Positions 49,800 to 63,379 of a DNA stretch of 64,000 bases are shown piece after piece (within the stretch, counting starts at the first letter, position 1; each line of letters begins with the position of its first letter). Both the position numbers and the translations under genes were made by a program. The DNA is taken from assembly GCF_006345805.1 (NCBI RefSeq), contig NC_043018.1, forward strand, positions 6,324,001 to 6,388,000, written 5' to 3'. A model generated the notes under the pieces. That model was not told where the DNA came from and ran no database searches. It saw only the letters and a program-made list of their open reading frames with translations. The stretch comes from Octopus sinensis. Lineage: Eukaryota.

Positions 49800-52056
49800 G
49801 ATTAATATCAATTTCTACCCTTATTTAATTATATATATATATATCATGATGCTGATGATGATGATATATATATATATAATTAAATAAGGGTAGAATTGAT
49901 ATTAATCAATTAAAACCAGTGGCCTAGCATATTTTAAAAAATCAATAGATTAAACATTTTTTACATACAAAATTCAGAGGATTGACCACTAAAAGTGCTA
50001 GGTATAGACGTCAAAATCGCCATTTTCCACTAAGAATGTGTTCTGGATTTTTTTCTTGAGAACACATTCTTAGTGGAAAATGCCGATTTTGACGTCTATA
50101 TCTAGCATGCAGGCTGTCCACTTTTAGTGGTCAATCCTCTAAATTTTGTATATATATATATATACATATATACGATGGGCTTCTTTCAGTTTCCGTCTAC
50201 CAAATCCATTCATAAAGCTTTGGTCGGCCCAAGGCTATAGAAGAAGACACTTGCCCAAGGTACCATGCAGTGGGACTGAACCCGGAACCATGTGGTTGGT
50301 AAGCAAGCTACTTACCACACAGCCACTCCTAATATTTATTATTTACTATTTGGTGTCAAACCTTTGTCAAACCAACTGCAACCTGTTCATTGGTTTGTGG
50401 TAAGGTTGTCACCAGAAAGACATAGGTTCTATGGTTATTCTTTTAGCCTTTTACCTGTTTCAGTCATTTGACTGCGACCATGCTGGAGCACCACCTCGAA
50501 AAGTTTTAGCCAAAGGAATTGTCTCCAGGACATTTTTTAAAGTCTAGTACTTATTCTATCGGTCTCTTTTGCCAAACTGTTAAGTTATGGGGAAATAAAC
50601 ACACCAGCACTGGCTGTTAAGCGGTGATGGGTCAACAAACACAGATGTGGAGGCACTTGGCCTTGTGTTTAGAGCAGTGGACTCGCAGTCGAGGGATCGC
50701 AGGTTTGAATCTCAGACCGGACGATGTGTGTGTTTATGATTGAAACACCTAAGTTTCACACGGCTCCGGCAGAAGGTAATGGCGAAACTTCTGCTGACTC
50801 TTTTGCCACAACTTTCTCTCAATCTTTCCTCCTGCATCTTGCAGCTCACCTGCGATGGACCGGCGTCCCATCCAGGTGGGGAACCTATACGCCTAGAAAC
50901 CGGGAAACCGGCCCTTATGAGCCAGGCATGGCTCGAGAAGGAACAAACAAAAAACAAACACAGATACAATGACACATGCACACATAGTTCTATACACATG
51001 CATATATACGTCAGGCTTCTTTCAGTTTCCATCTACCAAATCCACTCAGAAGGCTTTGATCAGCCTGAAGCCTATAGTGGAAGACACTTGCCCAAGGTGC
51101 CATGCAGTGAGACTGAACCCAGAACCATGTGATTGGGAAGCAAGCTTCTTACCACAAAGCCACAAAATTTTTTTCATCTATATAGGTCATTCATTATGTG
51201 AAGGTGCATGGCTCAGTGGTTAGAGCGTCGAGCTTACGATCGTGAGGTCATGAGCTCAAATTCTGGACCGGATTGCGTGTTGTGTTCTTGAGCAAGACAC
51301 TTTATTTCACGTCGCTCCAGTTCGCTCAGCTGTAGAAATGAGTTGCGACATCACTGGTGCCAAGCTGTATCGGCCCCTTTGCCTTTCCTTTGGATAACAC
51401 TGGTGGCATGGAGAGGGGAGGCTGGTATGCATGGGCGACTGCTAGTCTTTCATAAACAACCTTGCCTGCACATGTGCCTGGGGGAGTAACTTTCTAGGTG
51501 CAATCCCATGGTCAGTGTCATGACCGAAGGGGGTCTCAGGTCACTCATTCTGATTGGGTGATCATAGTTGGTAAGTTAACTCGATATTTGATTGCATTTC
51601 ATGTAACCTCCCTTTTTCTTTCCTTCTTTCTTCCTTTGCCATCAAATTACTGCAAGTCAGAAAAATAATGACCCTTTTTTTTTTGAGGTCATGCTATATT
51701 TAATGGCAAAGACAGACACTACTAGAGAAATAATAAATTACATATTTTCTAAGACATCCAAGCATTAATAAGAGATTTTGGAAAACCTTAAGTGATATCC
51801 ATCTAGTCATCTTCTTATTCCATTATTCCATTTTGGAGTACAGTTCTCAGACACCTTTTCCATGGGGTCCTATCAGAAGCAATTGTAATTATTTCCCCAA
51901 GGATAACCAACTGAAACTATGGATATTATCCAAGCATCTCATACTTGGTCTCCTACTTGCTGGCTTGACTTGAAGAATCTTACTTGTGACTCTTTCCTAT
52001 GACATTCTAGTCTCATATCTATAGTACCAAAGTTTTAACCTCTCAATGCAGATATG

Positions 52057-52945
52057 TGTGAGGTGGTATCAAAAAGTTCTGGGAATAGCCATGTTTAACC
52101 CTTTAGCATTTAAACCAGCCATATCCAACCCAAATATTCTGCCCATTTTCTGTTCAAACTGGCTGCAACTGGCCTCTTACTCCTACCCTACAATGTCATT
52201 CTAAAAATATACAATCACATCATTGAAATCTTGAAACCACAAGATAATGCACGATTAATTCAAAATTATGTGAATAAATAAGTATTATATTTGACAGAGT
52301 AATCTCTTGTGAAAGGTAAAAGAGTCCAGTTTGCTGGACATTGTTGTAGAGCTGAAAACAAGGTAATTTCTGCTCTTCTCCTCTGGAAGCCATCTGCTCA
52401 CAATACCAGAGGGCGCACACTCTCCTACCCTGATGTAATCTCCAAGGATACAGGCATCCAGCAACAGGACCTCCGTAATGCTATGATGGACCGTGAGGCG
52501 AGCTGGCAGAAGCGATAGCATGCTGGGCGAAATGCGTAGCCGTATTTCGTCTACAGTTATGTTCTGAGTTCAAATTCCTCTGAGGTCGACTTTGCCTTTC
52601 ATCCTTTCGGGGTCGATTAAATAAGTACCAGTTTTGCACTGGAGTCGATGTAATCGACTTAATCCCTTTGTCTATCCTTGTTTGTCCTCTCTGTTTAGCC
52701 CCTTGTAGGTAATAAAGAAATAGCTATGATGGACCGTGAGGTGTGGCATAACATAGTAAATTCCATTATCTCGACCACGGTCGAACAATGATGATGATGT
52801 AATCTGAATGCTAAATGGTTAATAAAAAATATCTTATTTACCTAAGTTTTAACATCATCTGCTTTGAAATAGTCACCTTGTGCAGTAATGCACTGGTCCC
52901 AGTATTTCTGCCACTTTGGGAATTTGGCCTGGAAGGTGTATAGAG
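52057..52945 (-). mobile_element. Mariner 3' remnant split by nested insertions
   Basis: TIR-like tgaggtggtatcaaaaagttc at ~52059; minus strand 52940-52860 encodes FQAKFPKWQKYWDQCITAQGDYFKA, a mariner-type C-terminus. Confidence 0.65.
52306..52798 (+). mobile_element. RTE-type LINE 3' fragment with (TGA)n tail, containing a SINE at 52499-52722
   Basis: QFAGHCCRA..LLWKPS..GRTLSYPD..AMMDREVW; 7-bp TSD gtaatct (52299-52305, 52799-52805). Confidence 0.8.
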
Positions 52946-53482
52946 AAAATTACATCTTCATTATTGATCTCATCTTAGAAAGCCAACAATTGGCAGAATA
53001 AGAAAAAGGAGGTGCTTGGTACAGTTTTATATATTTGACAAAAACAGAAAAAATGAATAAAAATGACTTTACTGATAATTTGATAATTAGATGTTTATGA
53101 ATTATAAATGCCAAGTAATTTATAAACATCTAATTATTAAAGTGGGAAAATTATGAGAAAAGCCATTATTATTCATTTTTGTTTTCAAATGCGTTTGAGT
53201 GTGCATGCTCTTATTCTTTTACTTGCTTCAGTCATTTGACTGTGACCATGCTGGAGCGCTGCCTTGAAGGGTTTTAGTCAAACAAATTGACCCCAGGACT
53301 TATTTCCTTTAAAGCCTGGTACTTATTCTGTTGGTCTCTTTTGCCGAACTGCTAAGTTATGGGGGACATAAACACACCAACACCAGTTGTCAAGAAGTGA
53401 TGGGGGTACAAACACAGGCACAAAGACACCCACCCACACATAGATATATATATATACATACATATATATACATATATATACA

Positions 53483-53514
<32 letters not shown>

Positions 53515-53669
53515 AAAGGGTAAAATTAATTAAGCAATTTATAATTAATAATCTTACCAAGTAGTTTGGTATGTTAAAAGAACTATAATCGATAAAATAC
53601 AAAACTTTTTGGTATTTATAAGCATAATTATAATTAGGGCTTAGCAAAATTGCTTCATCACATACCAAA

Positions 53670-53715
<46 letters not shown>

Positions 53716-55263
53716 GGTCATTAAAGCAACAGAAAGTACTAATAAGTACAATATTGCTAGAAATAAGAACTAAAAGAACTCAAAAGTCACAAAGCACTCT
53801 CTTTAATGACTGATAAAGGGAGGTAAGGCCCTAGTGGATGTAGCCAAATCAAAGATTTCAGATTTTGATGCAGGGTACCTTAATCCTCATCTGTGACTCA
53901 TCCTGCCTAGGGTTGTTTAATTGCTAATAAATCATAGCTTGACAACTTGTTGTGCTGGTTTGTTTACATTCCAGCAACTTAGCAATTCAGCAAAAGGATT
54001 GATAGAATATGTACTGGGTTTGATTTGTTATACTAAAACCATTCAAGGTGATGCTCCAGCATGGCCACAGTCTAGTGACTGAAACAGGTAGAAAATGAAG
54101 ATTTCTTTGGTCATCAATTTTTGTCAAGTGGTACAATTGGAAGTTTCTCACAGTATTCATTTATACCACTTTATGTCCAGAGTTCAAATCTCAGTAATGG
54201 TCATTATGTTTTACCATCCTTCTGAGATCAATAAAATACAGTACCAGTTAACTACTGGGGGTGTTTTATGTTCCTTGCAATGCATCTCAGATGAAAACGG
54301 AGTTACAATAAAAGACGAGGACTTGCAGTCTCTTTCCTTAATACATACAAATGGAAATTGTAGTTGTGATACCTGTGCCGGTAGCACGTAAAAAGCACCA
54401 TCTGCATGTGGCCGATGCCAGTGCCGCCTTGACTGGCTTCCATGCCAGTGGCACATAAAAAGCACCAACCGATCGTGGCCATTGCCAGCCTCCCCTGGCA
54501 CCTGTGGCGGTGGCACGTAAAAAGTACCCACTACACTCACAGAGTGGTTGGCGTTAGGAACTGGAGCCTGGTGCAGCTTCCTGGCTTCCTGGACCCCGGT
54601 TGAACCCTCCAACCCATGCTAGCATGGAAAATGGACGTTAAACGATGATGATGATGATGATGATGATGATACACTGCTCCAGATTTGTATTGAGAGCAAA
54701 AGATTCTTGGTTCAAATCTATCTTCTGACAGTGTGTGAGGGCTGAGGTGGGCCAGAAGCATAGGGTCAGTGACTTCAAGCAAACAGTCAAGGGGCTTTGC
54801 TAGAAGGAGAGGAGCAAGGGAGGTCATGGGAGTGGAAGGATGACCTGCATGAGCCTCTTTCGCATTTGGGTTGTCCCTCAGGATGGACATAGTGGCCACA
54901 GCTCAAGCTAAAGGCTAGGCGGGTAGGAGCACTCCAATGGATATAACCTGACTGGAAACGATCAACATTATGAGAGGATCCACAAGGTAGGTGAATTATG
55001 CTTTTTTTTTACTCATACCAAAAATTGTATATATTTATGAAAAACATACCTGAAATACCTTACATGTCATACCATAAAAGGTACAGACTCAGAAATAAGC
55101 AAGAAAAAAATAGAATTTAACAAGTATGATTATCAGAGTATAACAATATTGACCAGACCATCAGATTTCATTATACACCACTGGTCACAATGCGCTTCCG
55201 ATTCTGTCTTGGTTGCGCCATTCTTTTCTGTTTTGACCCAAATTGCTTAACTAATTTGCCTTC

Positions 55264-55314
<51 letters not shown>

Positions 55315-55371
55315 CATATAAGGGAAATAAGACAAGGAAGAAAATGCTAAAATAATTTTATTATGAAGAGC

Positions 55372-55415
55372 ATTTTAGTACCGGTTTCAGTCTTTGCAAC
55401 TTTTCAACTTAGAAT
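55372..55415 (-). ncRNA. Degenerate hammerhead-like fold with U3-A8 core pair
   Basis: Minus strand: ATTCTAAG [TTGAAAA] GTT-gcaaa-GAC-T [GAAA] CCGG-T-A CTAAAAT; palindromic ACCGGT stem III, imperfect stem I. Confidence 0.45.
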
Positions 55416-55703
55416 AAACCATGAAAAACAAATTGTGGAAAAATTAAATGAAATGCTTTTTAAAAATATTTCCATAGTTTTCAAATGCAAGGGACATTTT
55501 CCTTTTTTCTGTCTGTCTCCGTCTCTTTTTTTTCTTTACTTTTGTGAAGGCTTGGTAGCAGGTAATAGGTAGTAACAGTCCTATATATATATATATATAT
55601 ATATAAAATATGAATTAGAGATAAAACCACTATTATGCAACTCAAACATTGATAGACATAAACCAATACATAAATAACAAATAATATAAATATAATTAAT
55701 ATG

Positions 55704-55751
<48 letters not shown>

Positions 55752-56047
55752 ATTTTCAAAAAGTATAAAAAGAATGATAAATATAATATAATAAATATTA
55801 TTATACTTATATTATATTTATCATTCCTTTTATACTTTTTGAAAAAAATATATATATATTATATCATATTAATTATATTTATATTATTTGTTATTTATGT
55901 ATTGGTTTATGTCTATCAATGTTTGAGTTGCATAATAGTGGTTTTATCTCTAATTCATATTTTATATATTTATACTGTGAAATTTGATTTAATACTAAAT
56001 CAAATTTTTCCTTGTAAGTTTGGAGCTATACTCCCTAATATCATTAT

Positions 56048-56081
<34 letters not shown>

Positions 56082-57424
56082 GACACAAGTGTGGATGTGT
56101 GGTATGAAACTTGCTTCTCAACCACACAGTTCTGAGTTCAGTCTAACCATGTGGCACCTTGGGCAAGAGTCTTCTATATCCTTGGGCCAACCAAAGCCTT
56201 GTGAGTGGATTTGCAAGACGGAAACTGAAAGGAGCCCATTGTATATATGTGTGTGTGCATATATATGTATATATGTGTGTATTTGTGTGTCCGTTTGTGC
56301 TCACCACCATTGGTCAACAACTAGTGCTGGTGTGTTTATGTCCCCATAACTTAGTGGTGTGGCAAAAGAGATCAATAGAATAAGTAATAGGCTTATGAAG
56401 AATAGTCCTGGGGCCGATTGTTTTGACTAAAAACCCTTTAAAGCAGTGCTCCAGCATGGCTGCTGTCAAAATGAGTGAAACAAGTAAAAGAATGAAAGAA
56501 TCACAGCATCAATCAGACTATCAGATGCTATTGCACCCCACTGGTCACAATGTGCTTCCAGTTCTGTCTCGAATGTACCTTTGTTTTCCCTCATGACCGA
56601 AACTGCTCAACCAAATTGTCTTCCCATCATGGGGGAGGCCTTCTGAGTGGCTTTTTCTGTTCTTTTGGACACCTCTCAGGCAACAGCACATGTCAGTGAA
56701 GGTGCATGGCTTAGTGGTTAGGGTGTTGGAGTCATGATCATAAGATTGTTGTTTCAATTCCTGGACCAGGTGATATGTTGTGTTCTTAAGCAAAACACTT
56801 CATTTCACGTTGCTCCTGTCCACTCAGCTGGCAAAAATGAGTAACGCTGCGATGGACTGGCCTCCCATCCAGGTGGGCAATTATATTCGCCCTGAGACCA
56901 GGAAACCAGCCCTTATGAGTCAGCATGACTCAAGAAGGTAAAAGAAAAAAAAAAAAGGAGAACTGCACAAATCCACCTGTCGTCTGTGAACCTTGTGACA
57001 CATCTGGCTGAACAGAACTTGTGCTTTTGGTACCCCATGATCACACTATTTCGGTTCCATTCTCAAATTATCTCGTTATGAATGGGCTCTCCTAACGAAA
57101 CGAGAGCATGGTTAATAACAAGATTATTATAACGAGGGCTGCAGGGATAAATCCTACCTCAGTACTAGAAACAGCGTTAACAACATTCGTTAGTTTAATA
57201 TTTTAGGAAGACCATGCTGAGTAAAATGCTTAGTGGTATTTTAGGTAGATGTAGAGAGAGGAAAATGAACAGTGGCTGTGTGGTAAGTAGCTTGCTTACG
57301 AACCACATGGTTCCGGGTTCAGTCCCACTGCGTGGCACCTTGAGCAAGTGTCTTCTACTATAGCCTCAGGCCAACCAAAGCCTTGTGAGTGGATTTGGTA
57401 GACGGAAACTGAAAGAAGCCCGTC

Positions 57425-57470
<46 letters not shown>

Positions 57471-58405
57471 GCGCAGGTGTGGCTGTGTGGTAATAGCTTG
57501 CTTACGAACCACATGGTTCCAGGTTCAGTCGCACTGCATGGCACCTTGAGCAAGTGTCTTCTGCTATTGCCTCAGGCCAACCAAAGCCTTGTGAGTGGAT
57601 TTGATAGACAGAAACTGAAAGAAGCCCATCGTATATATGTATATATATATATATATATATGTTTGTGTGTCTGTGTTTGTCCCCCCAACACCGCTTGACA
57701 ACCAATGCTGGTGGTGTTTACATGCCTGTAACTTAGCGGTTCGGCAAAAAAGACCGATGGAATAAGTACCAGGCTTACAAAGAATAAGTCCTGGGGTCGA
57801 TTTGCTCGACCAAAGGCGGTGCTCCAGCATGGCCACAGTCACATGACTGAAACAAGTAAAAGAGTAACAGAGCACCAGACAAGAACAGTTGTTTTTGCTA
57901 CAGCAATCTACCTTCACTGATTTATTCAATCAGTACAGCCTGCGATCTAGAGTAAAAATTGATCTCATCTTAGTCAATAATTCGTACAGAAGGTGTCTGG
58001 TTTATAAATACATGCTATTCCCAACCTAACACTTTGTGATATATTTCAAGGTATTGACTTGTTCCCTAGGGAATGGTAAATAGCAAATGGTTAAAAACAG
58101 GTAAACAGTGATTTCTAATCAACTTTTGAATTTTATCCAAAACTACTATGGACTGGTTTTTGATGTAATCACCACAAAAATAAACCTTATCTAAATATAT
58201 GTGTGTGTGTGTGTGTGTGCGTGTGTGTGTGTGTGTGTACATATATAGGCATGGCTGTGTGGTAAGAAGTTTGTTTCCCAACGACATGGTTCTGGGTTCA
58301 TTCCCACTACGTATCACTTTGGGCAACTATCTTCTTCTATAGCCTCAGGTCAACCAAAGCCTTCTGAGTGGATTTGGTAGACAGAAACTGGAAGAAGCCT
58401 GTCAT

Positions 58406-58437
<32 letters not shown>

Positions 58438-59144
58438 ATATATGTATATAGATACGAAATTTTGGGGGAGTGGAATAGTCAATTAGATCAACCCCAGTAT
58501 GCAACTGGTACTTAATTATTTATTGACCCCGAAAGGATGAAAGGCGAAGTCGACCTCGGCAGAATTTGAACTCACAACATAAAGACAGATGAAATACTGC
58601 TAAGCATTTCACTTGGTATGCTAACGTTTCTGCCAGCTTGCCACCTTAAAAATATTTATTTCTTTATTGCCCGCAGGGGACTAAATACAGAGTGGACAAA
58701 CAAGGACAGACAAAAGGATTAAATCGACCCCAGTGCATAACTGGTACTTATTTAATAGACCCCGAAAGGATGAAAGGCAAAGTCGACCTCAGTGGAATTT
58801 GAACTTGGAATGTAAAGACAGACAAAATCGTGCTAAGCATTTTACGCAGCACAGTAATGATTCTGCCAGTTCACCACCTTAACCAATAATAATGATGATG
58901 ACGACGATGACAACGACGACGATGACGACGATCGTTTCAAGTTTTAGCACAAGGCCAGCAATTTCAGAGGAGGGAATAAGTCACTTAAATCAACCTAAGT
59001 GTTCAACCGGTCCTTATTTTATTAACTCCGAAAGGACGAAAGGTAAAGTCGACCCCAGCAGAATCTGAACTCAAAATGTGGCAAAGGGCAAAATACTGCT
59101 GAGCATTTCATCCAGTGCACTAACGATTCTGCCAGCTCACCACC

Positions 59145-59184
<40 letters not shown>

Positions 59185-59192
59185 TAATAATA

Positions 59193-59223
<31 letters not shown>

Positions 59224-59856
59224 TAATGATAATAATAATAATGATAATAATAATGATAATGATAATAATAATAGCAAAATGATGATCTTGGTGATGGTGT
59301 CAAAATGACGATAATATTAATGAGATCAATGCGAGTGAATTAAGAATTTAAAGTGAGGTCAAATCTTGCCAGGAAAAATATGTAGTTGTTTGGATAGAAG
59401 CTCAGGAGTATACAAAAAGATGACAGAAGTGATTGCGGTGAGATTATCAGTCAGAACAGAGAGCTAACGAAATTAATTAAACTAAATATTGCAATGTTTA
59501 GAGAGGAAATTATTGGCATAAAAAAACAAAAAAAAACAAATGTGAACATCATCATCCCATCATCCTCCTCCTCCTCATTCTAATGACCACTTTTACCACA
59601 CTTGCATGAGTCGGTTGGAACTTGTTGCGGAAGGTTTTTCTACGGCTGGGTGCCCTTCCTGTCGCCAACCCTCACCTGTATTCAAGTAAGGTAATGTTTA
59701 CTCAAAGACCAGACATGTTCTCATGGAAGATTGGAAATGAAAGGACACCACTTGCATGACACTGGTGCTCATTTACAACTATCATGCAATATCAAGGCAA
59801 GGAGACAGTGGCACGCATGCAAAGATGCACAAAACACACACACACCATCATCATTA

Positions 59857-60461
59857 TCTTCTCCTCTTCTTCTTCTTCCTCCTCCTCCTCTTCTTCTTCC
59901 TCCTCCTCCTCTTCTTCTTCTTCCTCCTCTTCTTTTTTCTTCTTCTTCTTCCTCCTCTTCTTTTTTCTTCTTCTTCTTCCTCCTCCTCTTCTTTTTTCTT
60001 CTTCTTCCTCCTCCTCTTCTTCTTCTTCTTCTTCCTCCTCTTCTTCTTTCTTCTTCTTCCTCCTCTGCCTCTTCTTCTTCTTCTTCTTCTTCCTCCTCCT
60101 CCTTCTTCTTCTTCTTCTTCTTCTTCCTCCTCCTCCTCTTCTTCTTCTTCCTTCCTCCTCCTTCCTTTTCTTCTTTTCTTCTTTCCTTTTTTCTCTTCTT
60201 CTCCTCTTCTTTTTTCTTCTTCCTCCTCTTCTTCTTCTTCTTCTTCTTCCTCCTCCTCCTCTTCTTCTTCTTTCTTCTTCCTCCTCCTCTTCTTCTTCTT
60301 CTTCTTCTTCTTCTTCTTCTTCTCCTCCTCCTCTTCTTCTTCCTCCTCCTCCTCTTCTTCTTCTTCCTCCTCTTCTTTTTCTTCTTCTTCTTCCTCCTCA
60401 TCCTCTTCTTCTTCTTCCTCCTCCTCCTCTTCTTCTTCTTCCTCCTCTTCTTTTTCTTCTC
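59857..60461. repeat. (CTT/CCT)n polypyrimidine-polypurine tract (~605 bp)
   Basis: Only two purines seen on the + strand (60066, 60400). Confidence 0.95.
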
Positions 60462-61490
60462 GAACGCGAAACCGGTCATTTCTTCAAAAACTATGTCATT
60501 GTAGGAAAAAAATTTATAACATTCTTCAGACATAATGACTCAAATATATATTTTTTAACCTTTTAAAACAAGCCTTCTGTATTTTTTTCCACTTTTACTA
60601 TTTCTTTCATATATTCAAACACGTGCTTCCACACATCAACTTCTCAACCTATATACTATATATACATACAACATATACATACATACATACATACATACAT
60701 TAATACATACATACATACATACTACATACATACATAATACATACATACATACATACATATATCACCGTGACCGACCAAGCTATCAGATGTTGCTACACGT
60801 CGCTGGTCACAATGCGCTTAAATAACACCACCCCGCTGGCTAAGCAAGCAGGCCAACAGAAGAAAGAGTGAGAGAAAGTTGTGGGGAAAGAGTACAGCAG
60901 GGATCGCCACCACCCCCTGCTGGACCCTCGTGGAGCTTTTGGTGTTTTTGCTCAATAAACACTCACAACGCCCGGTCTGAGAATCGAAACCGCGATCCTA
61001 CAACCGCAAGTCCGCTGCCCTAACCACTGGGCCATTGCGCCTCTATATTACTTATATATATATATATATATATACAACAGGCTTCTTTTAGTTTCTATCT
61101 GCTAAATCCACTCACAAAGCTTTAGTACAAGACGCTTGCCCAAGGTACCACTAAGTGAGACTGAACCTAAAACCATGTGTTTCAGAATTGAACTTCTTAC
61201 CACACAGCCACGTTTGTGCACCAATAGTGCATCTCTAAAAATAAAGTTTACACAGAGCCGAATAACTGAAACGGGTCACTGTTCTGGATAACAAAAACTG
61301 ATGGAATCCATAATTTGTGTAGAATTATTCAATACGATTGTAAAGAGGTGAGGATCAAGATGCTCGATAAAGATATTTGAAGAAAATATGCAACAAACGG
61401 TTAACCACAAATATTGAAGAATTTTACCAAACGACTGGTGCCAGAAGCAAGAATACCATGCCACACAAACAATGAAATCGTCATCATCGA

Positions 61491-61529
<39 letters not shown>

Positions 61530-62254
61530 AGCATCAGCATCATCATCATCATAATCATCATCATCATCATCATCATCAGCATCATCATCATCATCATCAG
61601 CATCATCATCATTTAATGTCTCCTTTCTGCTCTTTTATTATTCTTTAATTCTGTTACTTGTTTCAGTCATTTGACTGTGGCCATGCTGGAGCACTACCTT
61701 GAAGGGGGCGGTTTAGACTTATTTTTTTAAAGCCTAGTACTTACTCTATTGTTCCCTGTTGCTGAACTGCTAAGTTATGGGGACGTAAACACACCAACAC
61801 CGGTTGTCAGTCGGTGATGGGGGTCAAACACAGGCACAAAGACACACACATGTCATCATCATCAACATCATCATCGTTTAATGTCCGTTTTCCATGCTAG
61901 CATGGGCTGGACGATTTGACAGAGGACTGGCGAACCAGATGGCTGCACCAGACTCCAATCTTGATCTGGCAAAGTTTCTACAGCTGGATGCCCTTCCTAA
62001 CGCCAACCACTCCTAGAGTGTAGTGGGTGCTTTTACATGCCACTGACACGAGTGCCAGTCAGGCAGTACTGGCAATGGCCACGCTCAAATGGTGTTTTTT
62101 ACATGCCACCTACACAGGAGCCAGTCCAGCGGCACTGGCAATGACCTCGCTCGAATGTTTTTTCGCATGCCACCAGCACAAGTGCCAGTAAGGCAATGCT
62201 GGTAATGATCACACTTGAATGGTGCTTTTTACATGCCAACGGCATGGAAGCCAG

Positions 62255-62291
<37 letters not shown>

Positions 62292-62879
62292 TTGATGGCT
62301 GTGTGGTACCAAAAGACAATCCAATTTTTTATCACTCAACGACTTTCTATTTCACCAGTGCATAGGTAAGACATCATCGTTTAATGTCCATTTTCCATGC
62401 TGGCATAGGTTGAACGGTTTGACTGGAGTCTGGGAAGCCAGGAGGCTGCACCAGGCTCCAGTCTGATCTGGCAATGTTTCTACAGCTGGATGCCCTTCCT
62501 AACACTGACCACTCTGAGAGTGTAGTGGGTGCTTTTTTTTACGTACCTCCGGCACAGGGGCCTGTCTCCTGCCTAGTACTCATTTCAGATCCCCAGTTTA
62601 TCATTTCACTTTTCATTCTTTTCTTTCCTTCTAACTTCCTTCCCTCTACCCCATCTCTCTATCCTTCTCCTGAGCCTTTTCATTGTACCTTTGGAACACA
62701 AGCACCACTATTTTCTCCCCTTTTTTTTGTCAGTTTTTGTCATGTAGTGTCCCACATTTTGAAATATTTGTAATTTGTATTTTTACTGCTTATGTTAGCT
62801 CTGCTTGATACATTTCCAAAATTAAACATTTTAATACACAAAATATACTTCACATTATTACATATACTATGCATTAATG

Positions 62880-63379
62880 CAAAAAATATTGTGTTTATTG
62901 GCTATCTTCAAAATGATCACACCATCAATGGAAAATTTCAATGCCAACTTCCTAAGGCAGTTATGAAAGGCTGTCAAGACCAAACACCCAGAAAAACTGA
63001 TGAATAGGGTCTTGTTTCATTAGGACAATGCTTCAGCACACAAGTCCTTGGTTTCAATGGCTGCTGTGTGTGACTGGCTTTGAACTGGTTGATCACCCTC
63101 CCTATGTTAGTGATTTGGTTCCTTCTGGTTATCATCTGTTTCCCAACATAGAAAAACACTCAGCTGAGCACCAGTATCACTATGATGAGAACATCTTATC
63201 TGTTGTTGATGACCATTTTGATCAACAGAAAAGCTTCTTCACCAGTGCGATCCAAGCACTGCAACTACTTATGGAAGTGTGTGGACAGTAAGAGGAACTA
63301 TGTTAGAAAATGAACTTCATCTGGTCACATTCCATTGAGAGTGTCTTGCTCAGATTATGAACATTTCAGCCGACCCTCA
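62880..63379 (+). mobile_element. Decayed mariner, 3' part
   Basis: Remnants of DNASAH and FELVDHPPYVSDLVPSGYHLFP; terminal ttcagccgaccctca|TA resembles a mariner TIR. Confidence 0.75.

Noticed and set aside
53637-53666. GTGATGA-AGCAATTTTGCT on the minus strand
   Set aside because: The hairpin is followed by AAGCCC rather than GAAA, and that motif is shared with a non-ribozyme repeat at 1565.
59731-60566. 250-260-aa ORFs in several frames
   Set aside because: Translations of the (CTT/CCT)n tract, open on both strands with no protein-like complexity.
61276-61464. 62-aa minus-strand ORF in non-repeat sequence
   Set aside because: No recognisable motif or splice context.
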